Source: Raillietiella orientalis
Lineage: Eukaryota
Length of the DNA: 64,000 nt
Direction: 5' to 3'
NCBI GenBank assembly: GCA_036172245.1
Contig: JAYWIR010000024.1
Location: 992,001-1,056,000 of the forward strand
In this document: piece by piece, positions 26,500 to 39,242 of the stretch
Position numbering within the stretch: position 1 is the first letter of the stretch
How the letters are laid out: each line of letters starts with the position of its first letter
Notes under the pieces: model-generated
The model's input: the letters and a program-made list of their open reading frames with translations, nothing else
What the model was told of the DNA's origin: nothing
Database searches by the model: none
Translations under genes and position numbers: made by a program

Positions 26500-29400
26500 A
26501 CCCAAAAGGTACAATCCACTTTGAAAGAGGAAAACATTATGTACACCTTTCTGGTGTTCTGATTTTCATTTTGAATACGATGTTGAAACATTGTAGTAAT
26601 TAAATTTTGGTATTCGGGGAAAAATGATCTTGTGTGCACAGAATTTTGAGTCTTCAGATGCAGAAGGTGCATTGTGATGATGATCAAACTGGGTGTGCAG
26701 CAGAAAGAGTGATAAATTGCTTTAAGTCGTATGGAAAAAAATTTCAATATGGTCACATATTTTGAAGAAAATCTTCAACCTTGGATTATCACTCCCAATG
26801 CAACAGAAAAATTTATTGGATACTTTTAGTTACCTGAATTTTGTACAACTATTTTCAATGATACCAAGGCATACATGATATGGTCAACAAAGCAATCAAC
26901 AGTGTTGAATCAAATATAGCATTTCCTCTACCACTCAAACAATACCTCCAAATCCCTACAACCTATTCCATACATGCACTGGGAGCACTTAATACGTAAC
27001 ATTATGTAATTACTATGTGCTGTCTGTTGTATCTCAATGTCAAATAGCAAGTAACTGGATACATTCAGCACCAATATTTGGTTTCATCATTTGAAATGCC
27101 TCAATGTTTCATTTTTAGCACTAATTCTACAGAGCAATCTTGTTTGACTTGGTATATTTTTCAGAAACCATAGATCTGTATCATGTATGGTACAAACTGA
27201 AGAATTATGATAGTACATCAACCAGCTATGTTACATACATAAAAGTATTTACTGTTCCAGCATAACTGGTTATACATTACATATGGTTTTGAAATCTAAG
27301 TTTTAAAATTGAAATTCAATTTACAAAGGCTAAAATGAATAACAGATCACTAACAAACTTCCCAACAAATCTGGGGCTGATTAGCTTTCATCACTTTGTA
27401 TGTATTTGAATGTATAGATATGAACAATGAATCCATCATTGATCCAGTTTTCACTAATGGAAAGCTAATTCAAAAAACATCTGTCACCATAGCAATTTAG
27501 GATACATGAGATGATGATTGGTTATGCAATTGCATAGTTTCCTTTGCTTTTAAATGTCAGCATATCTTAACTAATTTATAAAAGAAGAAAATACTAAAGT
27601 GGAGAACTAAACATGAACTTCTGACAGAGGTTATAAAGATATTTTAACAAAGACTCATAGTTTGAAGAATGAAAAAGATGGGAATATGGTTTGATTATCA
27701 AGGGCATTATCACAATTCCAAAGGATTCCACAGCTACTGTTGAAAAAAGAACAGATAATACTGCCAATATCAATGATATGTTAGTTGAAGCTAAAATGCA
27801 CAACTACTAGAATGCAACATTTTCTCAACATTCTTACCGCGATAGGCTTGAATATTAGATACAAAAATTAAAGCAGAAAGTAAATAAGAAATTATCAGGT
27901 CTGGAATTTGAATCCAAATCAGCACTAGCATTTTCAGTAATACCCCAAAGTTTCCGAGAATGCATCCATTTATGATTTTACCTGTGCTGCATTTCAGATG
28001 AAGAAAATGCGAAGACATATTATGTGAAACTAGCATGAATATGGTATAAAGAATCCATTCTGCAAAGAAAAATTTTTTTTGAAAATCAAGTATTTTCATC
28101 AGATTTTGAGCTCAAAGTTTTCTTCTAAAATAATTTGTACCTAGCACAGAATAACAAAACCAGGCAAAAAAATTCAAATCCAACTCTTCAAATATTTTTC
28201 GATCACAACCAGGTGACTTTATATGCAAGTGTGACCATTTCCAATATGCTTCAATCAGACATATCAACACTGCTAATCTGAAATATTGCTAGAAAAAAAA
28301 GACACCATTCTAAAAACATTTCTTCAATAAATTTCGATAATAATAACTACAAACAAATAAAACCAAAATCCAATTATTTAAAAGCGAAGATTGTACTTTT
28401 TGTGCATTGACCCTACACCTTGGTTTTCAAGCAAATACAAAAATAGAATAATTACGCTTAATTTTCATCAAATATGCAGGGAAAAAAATAGTTTGAATTA
28501 ATTCAAATTGAATACGAATACGTACATTAAACTGTAAATTAACTTGGATTCTTCGGTAGGCCTCAATTTTTTGCAAAACCAAATCAATCAGCAATACAGT
28601 AATTTCATACTCCTCATATTCATCCACAAACCTATGGCACTGATTCTACAAAAGTGATTTCAAATATTTTACTGCCACACAAACTTGCTTACACATTCAG
28701 TTAATCTTAAAATCCCTGGACTGTACAACGTATACAAATGATCAGCTGGTGCCGCGCAGTGTACACATAAATAAGCGGGCATGCTTATTTAGTGCGTCTA
28801 CTCACAACATAGTGTTTCTCAACTTTGAGTTCCATTTCCTAGATTCAAAAATTCATACTCTTAACGTGCAATTATGGGACACAATTGGTTTCACATTCTT
28901 CAAACTGACGAAAACTAGCTTCTCCACGGCTGCACAAGCATCCCAAAGCAAAATGCTAAATAAATAGCTTTAAACATATTTGAGCATTTGATGAAAATAC
29001 AAGTTCAGGTAAAAGGTGGAGGGAATAACATAAAACAGTTGTAGTCCGGAATATATGCATAAAAGAATAACAGCCTGATTTTAGAAAAATAATTTCAATG
29101 CAAAGTTTGCAGAATTTCATAGTGAGAAGCGAGTCGAAACTACTTTTAATACATTTGCGTAAAAACAAGAATGTTAAAACTATAAAAAGCATGATTCCAT
29201 ATCTAGTCTTGGATATATTAATAGAAGTAATTTCTCCATACTGACAAATACGCTTGCATCTTTCTGCTGCTCTAGTTCTTTATGCAATATAAACTGAAAA
29301 AGATTCTAGAAGAAGCAGTTTATGATAGAAGGCATAGAAATCAATGTTTGATTCTAAAGATAAGAAAACCAAAATTCGGAAAGTCTTCCTGGATAGCATC

Positions 29401-30059
29401 CCATATCTGATTTAGTGTATTGATTATTTATAAATACAAGCTACAGCTGGAAAGCACACAGATTCGAAGCTCTAAGATTCGAGAGATCATTTTCCGAGTT
29501 ATACATAATCTACTAGTCAATTTTATTTGAAGTTTGTACATGACATAATGTTAAAAGAGGAAAGGAGGAGTTTCACATCTTCATTTGTTTTTTATTCAAC
29601 TTTTCTTTTGATCAGAACAGTGCTCTCTGCTGAAAGATAATGTGGATAAGTATTTCTGAGAAAGTCTTAAATATATCGAAAATTTTAAGAACGTCTTGTT
29701 ACATATCACGTAACCTCAAAAGTCATTAGATACATTAAGCTGTAGTAACCTTTCTTACGAATACGGGAGTTGAAGAAAAATTGAAAGAAAGGAACTGAAA
29801 GTGAAATTCTTACTAGAAATTCAAGAATAATTTCACGAGCGTAGGGACCAGTGGTGTATTCGTTCGAAATCGATATCCAAGTAGACAACTGAAGGAAATT
29901 TTGCCGAAATAATGAAAACCGTATATCAGAGTACCAGAATGAAACAGTGATAAAGAAATACAAGCACAATTTTGCTTCAGAGAGTAAGGAAACTTTCTCA
30001 CAGGACAGAACGGAACAGATGACAAATGATAAGACTTCTAAGAACTCACTAGTCTCCAT
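26500..30059 (-). pseudogene. Fragmented multi-exon gene with weak Lines/LINS1-like C-terminal motifs
   Basis: Exon-like blocks bounded by AG/GT (e.g. FVDEYEEYEITVLLIDLVLQKIEAYRRIQ, DLIISYLLSALIFVSNIQAYR, 117-aa block 29706-30059). AIFDSTLLIALL (~26882-26919) and NFFPYDL (~26723-26743) resemble the Lines motifs GFDSTVLLDFL and LFPYN. In-frame stops are present. Confidence 0.3.
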
Positions 30060-31576
30060 CTAAACTCCTGAAGAAGCCCACTGATTCACATATAGAGTAA
30101 TATAACTATATTTACTCTGAATTTGATAGTTGATGTGCAAAGAAACAAATATGGAACCTGATGAAATTGAAAGAGAAAGAAACAAGAGCTCAGTGCTATT
30201 ATTTTCGGTTTGCAATTTTGTGACATAAGGACGATGTTTCTGCCACATTCAGTAAAAAAAATTCCGAGTCAAGATAAAATTAGTTCTAGAAAAATTCTAG
30301 AATTATAGCAATGCATTTAATAATCATCATGACTTTCGATTTCTATTTATTAATTACTATTTTCATTTTACTATGAATTTCTCAGGTTGCACTCTTACTC
30401 CGATATCGAGAAATCGGTTTTGAATTTCTCACTTTTGTAGCCGAAGCTTCGCATAATTTCAACTTGCATCACAAGCCAATGAAATCTAGAAGTGACACAA
30501 AATGCACACAGTCAATAAAAATCACACAACATTCAAATAAATAGTGCAAAGTGTTTTCATGAAATTACAATCACTTTATCAATTCAGTGGAAAAAAAAAA
30601 ATAGACACTCTTTTCCATAATCTCAAAATACACTTTTTTTGCTCTCTACAGTTATTGTTTGCAGCGACTCATAGTTTCAACTGCTTTGTCTCATTTTGCC
30701 CTTCAACTCCTTAGGAACTAGCCTCCTAGAAACGAATGCATGAGCAAACAAAACTTCAAATATGGATTTATTAAAAGAATAAGTGAGTATGTTATTGTAG
30801 CTTTTGGTAAGAAACCTCTCCTGGAATATTATTCAGAGTGAACATCGATCAAAACCTTGAGTTGGAGAGCTTGTCTTCTTACTCTGCTATCTAGAGTTAA
30901 TTCCCTTAGAAAATGTAATTAGCCACAAGGAATTGCTGAATTTGAAAAGGAAAAAGAAAGAGCACATGATCAAATATTGAAGACCATAAAACACAATGAG
31001 CACATGCTTTGTTAGATGCAATACTGATTACTTTAGGCAAGTATGGGCATAATTACCTACTACATCTGTAAATACATAATATACGTGTGTAATAATGTAA
31101 ACAACTTTTCAGAAAGTTAAGAGAAATATTCGCAAATGAGAGACAGAGATGCAATTCTTAAAATCATATTTGGATACAAAATGAATTTTCTGAACTACAT
31201 GCCGGAAGATCGTGAAACTGCACTTATTTGTGTTTGTCATTGCAATTGACGAACGCTTACAAATTCCAACAAAATAAATGTTTCGAGTATTGAGGTTCCC
31301 CAACCTTAGTTACGTTGCATACATATATATCGGGAAAATGAGCAACCCATCTTGTGGAACTGTTATATCTGCTACTCAATCGTAGTTGTACTGAAAAGTA
31401 AATTATTTATTGGAATGGATTGACGGGTGCAAAGCTTGTCAACATGATTGCGGGTTGAGGATGGCAACCTAGATCATTGCTAAGTCTATTTCCAAGTAAC
31501 TTTACATGCGAGTGGTAATAGCTTCCTTAATCACCTTGGTTTCTATTTAGATTTTGCGTTTTGGATATCAAGAATT

Positions 31577-34500
31577 ATGAATTTACAAATTGATACATCC
31601 GAAGAAACTTATGAGGTTTTTCAGGTACATTTTTTATTGTAGTCTTGTTTGTGAGGTGTTTCGTGCAAACATTTTTTGTTAAAAGTTTAAGAATCTTGGA
31701 CGTGTGCACGGACAAACCATATGGATCATGCAAAAGTTCATGTTGTTTAATTGCCAGTGACTTTTTTTTTGTGCTGCTGAATGATGTAGATTAACAAAAT
31801 AAAACTATTTTTGATTTTCTTGTATGATTCATTTTGACCCCAAAGCTTTGCATACCAATAAGTGATAATTTTGGTAAATATTTGAACCTCAGTGAGCGCT
31901 GACAATTTTTAACAAGTTATTGGGAGGATATCTTATTTTGATTTAACAATTAAGGTACCTGCAATGCACCTCACCTTTAATCAGCTAATTAATTGCCCTT
32001 CCAGAACTAATAATTCATTATAGTATAATCCAGAGTTTTGGTTTCTTATTGTTATTGTAATGTTCTTTGAATTTCATGCATCATTTTAACAATATTTGTG
32101 TTATTCTTATTAATCATTGTGTTCCAAGATGTGGTTGAAGTCGCATAACAATCAGATTGGGAATTTCATTAATGGAAATTTAAAATGGAACGATTTAAAA
32201 TGGAACGATCTTAATCTTTCAATACCATTTAGAGATAAGATGAAAAATGACTTGGGAATTTTATTATTAGCAAATGAGAATGATTGGAAGGAAGCTGTGG
32301 ACTGTTGTGATAAAGGTTTGAAAGAGTGGATGGATTTCTCACTGGATACACGCAAAAGTAAATTTCAGAGGTAAACTGAAGAATTTTGGCGATTATTTTT
32401 ACCAGATTTTTATCAGTTAAGGAACATGAATAGTTAACAGTTGTTCAAATTCAAATAATGTCAGAATTGGTTTAAATTACAATAGCTCTTAACTTAGGAA
32501 GTGTTTTTATGCTTTTAAGAACAACTGATCGAACCAACTCCCAATCCGAACTCGTAGACCAATTCCTGACACAAATATGTGGCTCATTAAAAATCATTTG
32601 CTTTTTTTCCCCTTATTACTTGTTGATCATGTATGTATACATATGTACATTTTGATGTACATTTTGCTCTAATCATTACAGATTGATGGATTCCATGTTG
32701 ATTGGTTTGTCTAAACAGATTGTTCATTTTCTTCTACAGAAACGTGGTTTGTTCAGAATTTTCCGAATACATGATTTCAATTTCATTTGTATACAGAGTA
32801 ATTTCAGAATACTTACTGCTTGCAGCTGTGGTAAGGTATATTATATCAGCAGCGAGGATTTCTTGTAATTAATGTTTAGGTTATGTCTGGTTTCAGAATA
32901 ACAGATTTTAATTGAAATTTTCCTCTTTCTTGAGTCAGCATAGTGTTTGTGCATATGTTATGCACTTTACCTGATCAGTTTCCATACTGATAGTTTGCTA
33001 ATTATTTTTTCGTGTTAAACGTACGTATAAATTTTGAAAAACGAATTGTATCACAAAACAAGAGTATCATCATGCAGTTTGCTAGTGTAAATCAATACCT
33101 GTCTAATAGTATATTTTGATATGCATTTTTATTATCAAGTTGTCATTTGAAACATCAGTAGTTTGGATTTTTCATTGACATGAAGCTTATCACATATCTT
33201 CCGATTGTGATCCTGTTTTTCTTGATTTGTCATAGTTTTGGTAAAGAATTTTTAGTGGATCTGTTCCATTGCATTAGTTAGATGGTATAAAGCATCCGAT
33301 ATTGATCGGATTTATTTGTTTTGATTTATTTCTAATAGCAGTGTGATTACTATACTTTTCTTTGATGAAGAAATAAACAAAATCAGATCTGTTTTTTGGA
33401 ATGTTTGTTGTATATTATGATTTTGTGTATGATTTTCTAAAAATCAGATGTTAAATCAGTTTATTCTTCCAGAGCTTGATTGTTATAGTTTACCTCTATT
33501 GTGTAACTTTGATGTATCTATCATTTTCAAGAAACTGGTTAGGTCATCTTGGTTGCATGGTTTCTTATTTAGAATTTCTTTTAAATTCGTCAAGTTATTT
33601 CCACTTGCTATTGTTGTTTCATTGTAGTTCTTATCACTACAGATAGTTATTTGTGTTTTTTTATGCAATCAAAATAATTTTGACTTCAGTTCAAAATAAA
33701 GTTAGTATCAAATAGATCACTTTCATTTTTGTTTTCATTTGTAATTTTTCAGTTTCTTTCCCAAGAAAACCTGTATCATCACTCAAAAATTATGAGGAAA
33801 TTCACAAGACTCATCATGTTGCATTTCCTCATTTATAGAGTCAGTTATATGATTTAAGTATTCAGTGCAATCATTCAAATTTATATTCGTGAATTTTTGT
33901 AACCATTTTTGTTTTGTACGATCATTTTCTATTGTTCTCATACTATAAAAATCATGCATATTTGTTAATGTTGTATCAAGTTTTTATGGTTATTAAAAAT
34001 AATTTTTAGTTTTCAAAAAAAAGCCTTGCTAAAGAATTCAATTTATGAGTGATTAAATTCCAATATGTATGTCTGCTGAATTTCTTGTAGATATTCATCA
34101 GGGTATGCCTTTAGATAACATGTTTCTTTTCCCATTTTATAATTTTTAGGTGATGTGAAGAATTGACTGAACCTCAGCTGAATTTTTGAATTTCTTGTGA
34201 TCATTCAGAACTTCGATTTCATCATGAATTCATGTATGCACTACACAATTTCTTAAGCATTTCAAAATATGAAGTGCTTTTGAGAGTCCATGTATTTAAT
34301 TGTGAGTCTAAAAAAAATATATACAAGTAAACAGACTGCTTTATCATGCTTACTTGTTTTTGCAACTAAATCACCGTCAGAACCAAAAGAGGGCAACCAA
34401 AGTAGGGCTGTGTTTTGATTCCTAGCATAATTCCATTTTTTGTTTTCATCTTGAAGAATAATGTGAGAATGCCTACAGATGCATTTTATTAATGGTTATG

Positions 34501-37500
34501 ATAGAGCATGAAGGTAATCTGTTTCATATCTTTTTGATGATTGCTCCATAGGAATCGGAATGGCAAACTTAATTGCATCTGTGTAGAAGCTTTCTATTAC
34601 CAAGAGAGCAATTGTTTTTTTCTTCCATTTATTCAGTTTGTATGTCTTCCACATGGTTGAAACACTGTGGCAAACATTTCGGACTTGAAATTGTATTTTT
34701 CTGGTAATTTTTAATGTAGCATCTTCACTTGTATGATTTATTACTTTGGCAAATAAGGAATTTTAGTTGTTCATCAAGGCAAACATAATTTTAACATGAT
34801 GTATGGAAAAAGTGCTTGGCTCAAATCCCATGCCTTATTTGCAAAGTTTCCATTTTATATTTTCCGTGAAGTTTTAGATTTCAGATGTTTTTTCAGTTTC
34901 ATGCCTTATAACTTTCTTCAAGAGTTTTGAAGAATTCATATTTTTCACAACCCTGTTACATGGAACACATTCAAACTTCTTTTAAAGCTTTGGAAGTATA
35001 GAAAAGAAATGTTTGTTTGCAAAGTTGATAATTTTAGTTCTAATCTAAAAGTGATAAATATTAGCATGGTTAATTGATCAAAGCATTTTGATGCATTCTT
35101 TAATGAGAACAACAGTGATATAAAATCCTCGAATTTAATCATTAATCAATCTAATTATTACCATTAGATTGTTTGTGATGGGAATTTCATTTTTTACTTC
35201 TTTATTGCAATCAGTAACTTGAAATGATAAGTTTTTGAAATATGCTCATTGAGCTGAGTTCTACAAAAATCATTGTTTTCGAAAATTTTTGGTGAATTGT
35301 TTGTAATTGTATAGTTTGTATTAAATTTTCCATTGCTTCTAGAAATTTTTGCATGAGAGTTTCTTGTTTTATATGATCATTTTCGAAATGACACCTTTCC
35401 AAGTTTTTAAGAATGTGTAGAAAATACATTTTACTAGACTTTTCCCAATTCTGTGTTTAGTGGTTACTTGGATCAGTAATCAATGATCAATGGATAGCGC
35501 TGAAATATTTTTCAATTTTTTTTTTTTTTGTCTTTCTTATCCTTTGTATTATGACGAATGCCAATATGAAACTTGTTGGATCTCTGGCAAGCATTGAATG
35601 GAAAGTCTGGAAATAAATAATTTTATAAATGGCATTATGTGAATGTAACCACAAACATAATTGGAACCGAAATGTGAACAAAAACAGCAGTTATCTGAAT
35701 TCATAATTTTGGGGAAACCTTTTTTGATATGCCTGCTTTCCTAGGTTTTTGTTTTGTTCATATCATGTAATGATGATGAAATGTTGCCTCAAGAACATAT
35801 GTATTCATGTATGTTCATAATTATTTGAACATTGCTAATATGTAATTGGGGTTTTGTTAAAAATGAAAGTCTGTTTAGTCTCCTGTTGGACATATGAAAG
35901 CATGTAAATATGAAAGCACGTGAAACATATGTATATATATGTTTTCCCAGTGTAACATAATTGCTTTTTGAACAAAAGTGTTTAGATTCACTATTTTGAC
36001 ACTTTCAGTTTTCGGTGTTATAGTTGTGTAGTTTCGAGTCATCAGTTTTTTTAAAAACTAAAGAGTGTTTGACATGAGTACAGTCAAAATTTTAAAGGCT
36101 TTCAAGCCTCTTGCTTTCATAAGAAAAAAAGAAAATCGAAATATTCTTTATTTGGATGCAAGGGATCGATCGACTACATTATTGATCATTCGGTGTTTTT
36201 CTTTTAAATTATATCTTTATTTAATGGAAGTCAGAATCCTTCAAATTGTAGTCTACGTTATTACTGATTCCATTGTTATTTGGTTTTTGTGCTTGCTTTA
36301 ATGTAATTTTTTGTGATTTTTGTTATGAGCCACCTTGTTCTTTCGATTTCTTTTATTACATGGATAAGTAATCCACTTATCCATTTCATTGGTTTTTAAA
36401 ACATGAAGACAAAATTAGTTTTTGTCGTTTTCATATTAACTGCAAAAATCAAACCAAACATTGTGATTAGAGCCAAAAGTTTATAAAAAGAACTTTGCAT
36501 ATGCATAATAAAACGAAATTTGAGCAAAAGTAAGTCACAAAACATTGTTTGTATGGCATAGCTGTCTCCTGAGTAAGTTAGTTCCGTGAAACTTCCTTGA
36601 AGAAAGATAGAAAAAGTGACAAGCTACATACATATTAATTACATGCCCGACAGAAAGATGTAAAAATGCAAAAAAATTCCTAAGCATTACGTGTCAACAA
36701 ATTTTCTGTTTGGTTTGCCCCATCTGTCAAACTTAATTGTGTAAAAAAAATTCTTTTCAGAGGAGCTCATAATATACAAAGTAGGAGTGCTGTTATCGCC
36801 ATAGCTGAGTCTCTTGTAACAGGAAAATCCATTCGAGAATCAAAAAATTCAGTCTTACCATGTATGGTAAGATGTTTTTGGAAATACTTTCATGCACCCT
36901 CTGATCACTTGTCAGCAGATACTACAAAACCATTTGGTATGTCAGATAATAGATTTGCTTTAAGATATATTTTTCTATCAAGGTATTGTGCAAATAATTG
37001 CCTGGTCCAACAGTTCTCTTATCCAAATAACTGAACAAATTGCAGCTGCTTTAGTAGTTGGCAATGCAGTTATAATTTTAGCATCACCTTGTAGAAGTGT
37101 TCCCTGCATTCTATTAGCAGAATCATTAATTCAATCTTGGTCTGTATCATGATGAAGAGTTCATATAACTTGTGATTTATTATCAGCCTACCTAAGAGTT
37201 TGATCCAAGTTTTAACATGTTCTCCTGATTTGCTTACTATTGCAAGTAGAGATCTACCAATAAATTGTATTCATTTTCTTGGAACCTTGGATGATGCACG
37301 GATTGTAGCCAAATCGGTGGCAGGATATAGAAGAAAACTTTCAACAAGTTAATATATAGATTTAAATTGTTTCTTATGAAGCCTTGTAGCTGTTTTTAGC
37401 CCTCAGGTTGCCATGATTTTTGACACTGCTGATCTGGAGTCAGCACTAGATTCTGCTGTAATGATGGCCTGTACTGGTGGGATCCAGGTATGTGAAATTT

Positions 37501-39242
37501 GAAGGAATTATATTTTGGATTTCCAAGTAGTGTTGTCCAGTGGGTACAAAATTGCTTATCCATCAGCCTGTATGGAATAAAGCAATTGCTGCCATAAAAC
37601 AAAGGTTAGATAGAATCAGAACAGAAGTAGCTTGTGAAAAGTTCCGGTGGTTACCAGAAACTTTGGAGAATGTTAGGAAGCATTTGACAGAAGAAATGGA
37701 AGTCAGTGGAAATAGCAATCATCAGTTGTATAATGATGTATACAAAGGTTTTTCCAGAAGATGATATGAAAAAATGCCCCATCCTTATCACTCATGCAAA
37801 TTTATCATCTCCATTGGCCAAGGAAGCCATTCCTGGTTCCTATTTGTTAGCTGAACCTTTTCGTACAATCAAAGAAGCAATTGCTTTAGCTAACAATTCA
37901 GTGTACGGATTTGCAGCATCTGTATGGACAGAAAAACTTTCTTTGGCATTGGAAGTAACAAAAAAACTTACTGTTAGCACAGTCTGGATCAATAGTATTC
38001 CACAAGCAAATGCTGAATTCCTGATTGCGGGATGGAAACAAAGTGGGCGCGGACACAGTTCTTGTCATAAGTTTCAGATGCCAAGATGGAAAAAGAATAT
38101 ATATCATTCATTAGTTTCCAATGCAGAAGTTTCCAAGATTCCTGTTAGGCAAAATCCTCTTTATGAGATACCTGTGGAAAATCAAAAAGTTTATACACTA
38201 ATAATTGGCGGGAAATATATAGATGCATCCTTACATCGTACTCTGCCAATTGCTTTACCTTTGCATTTTGGTTCCATAGCTATTCCTGAGGCCAACAAGT
38301 GAGTGGTTACACTGGTCATTACCTTTTCATTTGATTAATGTAGTGATGTAATCATTGAGATTAAGGAAACTATATTTTGATGAAGCATGCAATGACTTTT
38401 TTCATTTTTTTGGAATCTTTTCGTGTATTATGTAAGTTTTTTTTTTTTCTTTCAGAAAGGAATTGGAAAAAGCTGTAAAGTCTGCTTCAGTTGCAGCATC
38501 TTCATGGGGTGCAAGTTCTGGTCAGTCACGTGCTCATGCACTTCACCTCCTCGCTAATGAGTTGGAATTGCATCAAAGCTCTCTTGTTGATTACCTTTCA
38601 ATTCATGGTGCACCAGAGTCTGACATTATCCGTGAAATAACTCACACGATTTCCCGTATACGTTTTTGGGCCAATCAAGGAACTGTTAATCAAGGATTTG
38701 TATCAACCAATGCTACAAAAGAGTGGATTATTTCGTTGACAGAACCTATTGGAATAATAGCAATAGTATGCCCTAATCAGCCCTGTCTGTTGCCCTTTTT
38801 TTCACTTTTGTGTCCTGCTCTCGCGTTTGGAAATGCAGTCATAATAATTCCATCAGATGTTTGGCCAGTTCCGGTTTTAGAGTTTTTCTCGAGAATGCAC
38901 TCCTTGAGATCTTTACCTGATGTCATCAGTATTCTTACAGGTAGAATTTGTGTTTTTTGTGATTGTTTTGGTAATTCATTTCATGATTTAGGTTTTCCAC
39001 CATCATTAGCCATCGATTTGGCTCAGTTCAATGAAATTTCTTCCATATGGCATTTCAACGATATGTGCGCAAGTGCCGATGTTTTAGTAGAGCAGATTGC
39101 TTCACATAGCTTGAAAGATGTATGGATCAATTGGCACATTGAAGATTGGTTTAATGATGAACAAGGACAATACAAAGAATTTTCTGAAAGATCAGTACGT
39201 CATAAAGTCGTTTGTATGCCTGCAGGAGAATCTTATTCATGA
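31577..39242 (+). CDS. ALDH16A1: Aldehyde dehydrogenase family 16 member A1-like (full ALDH domain plus second truncated ALDH domain), multi-exon
   Basis: Exons 31577-31624, 32129-32370 (WLKSHNNQIGNFING), 36761-36936 (AESLVTGKSIRES), 36983 onward (GIVQII..AAALVVGNAV). Further motifs IFDTADLESA, FRTIKEAIALANNSVYGFAASVWTE, GWKQSG. Second domain TEPIGIIAIVCP..PALAFGNAVII ending KVVCMPAGESYS*. Two-domain architecture is typical of ALDH16. First exon less certain. Confidence 0.88.

Noticed and set aside
36360..36384. 10-bp hairpin ATGGATAAGT/ACTTATCCAT
   Set aside because: Short and in AT-rich intron; could be chance
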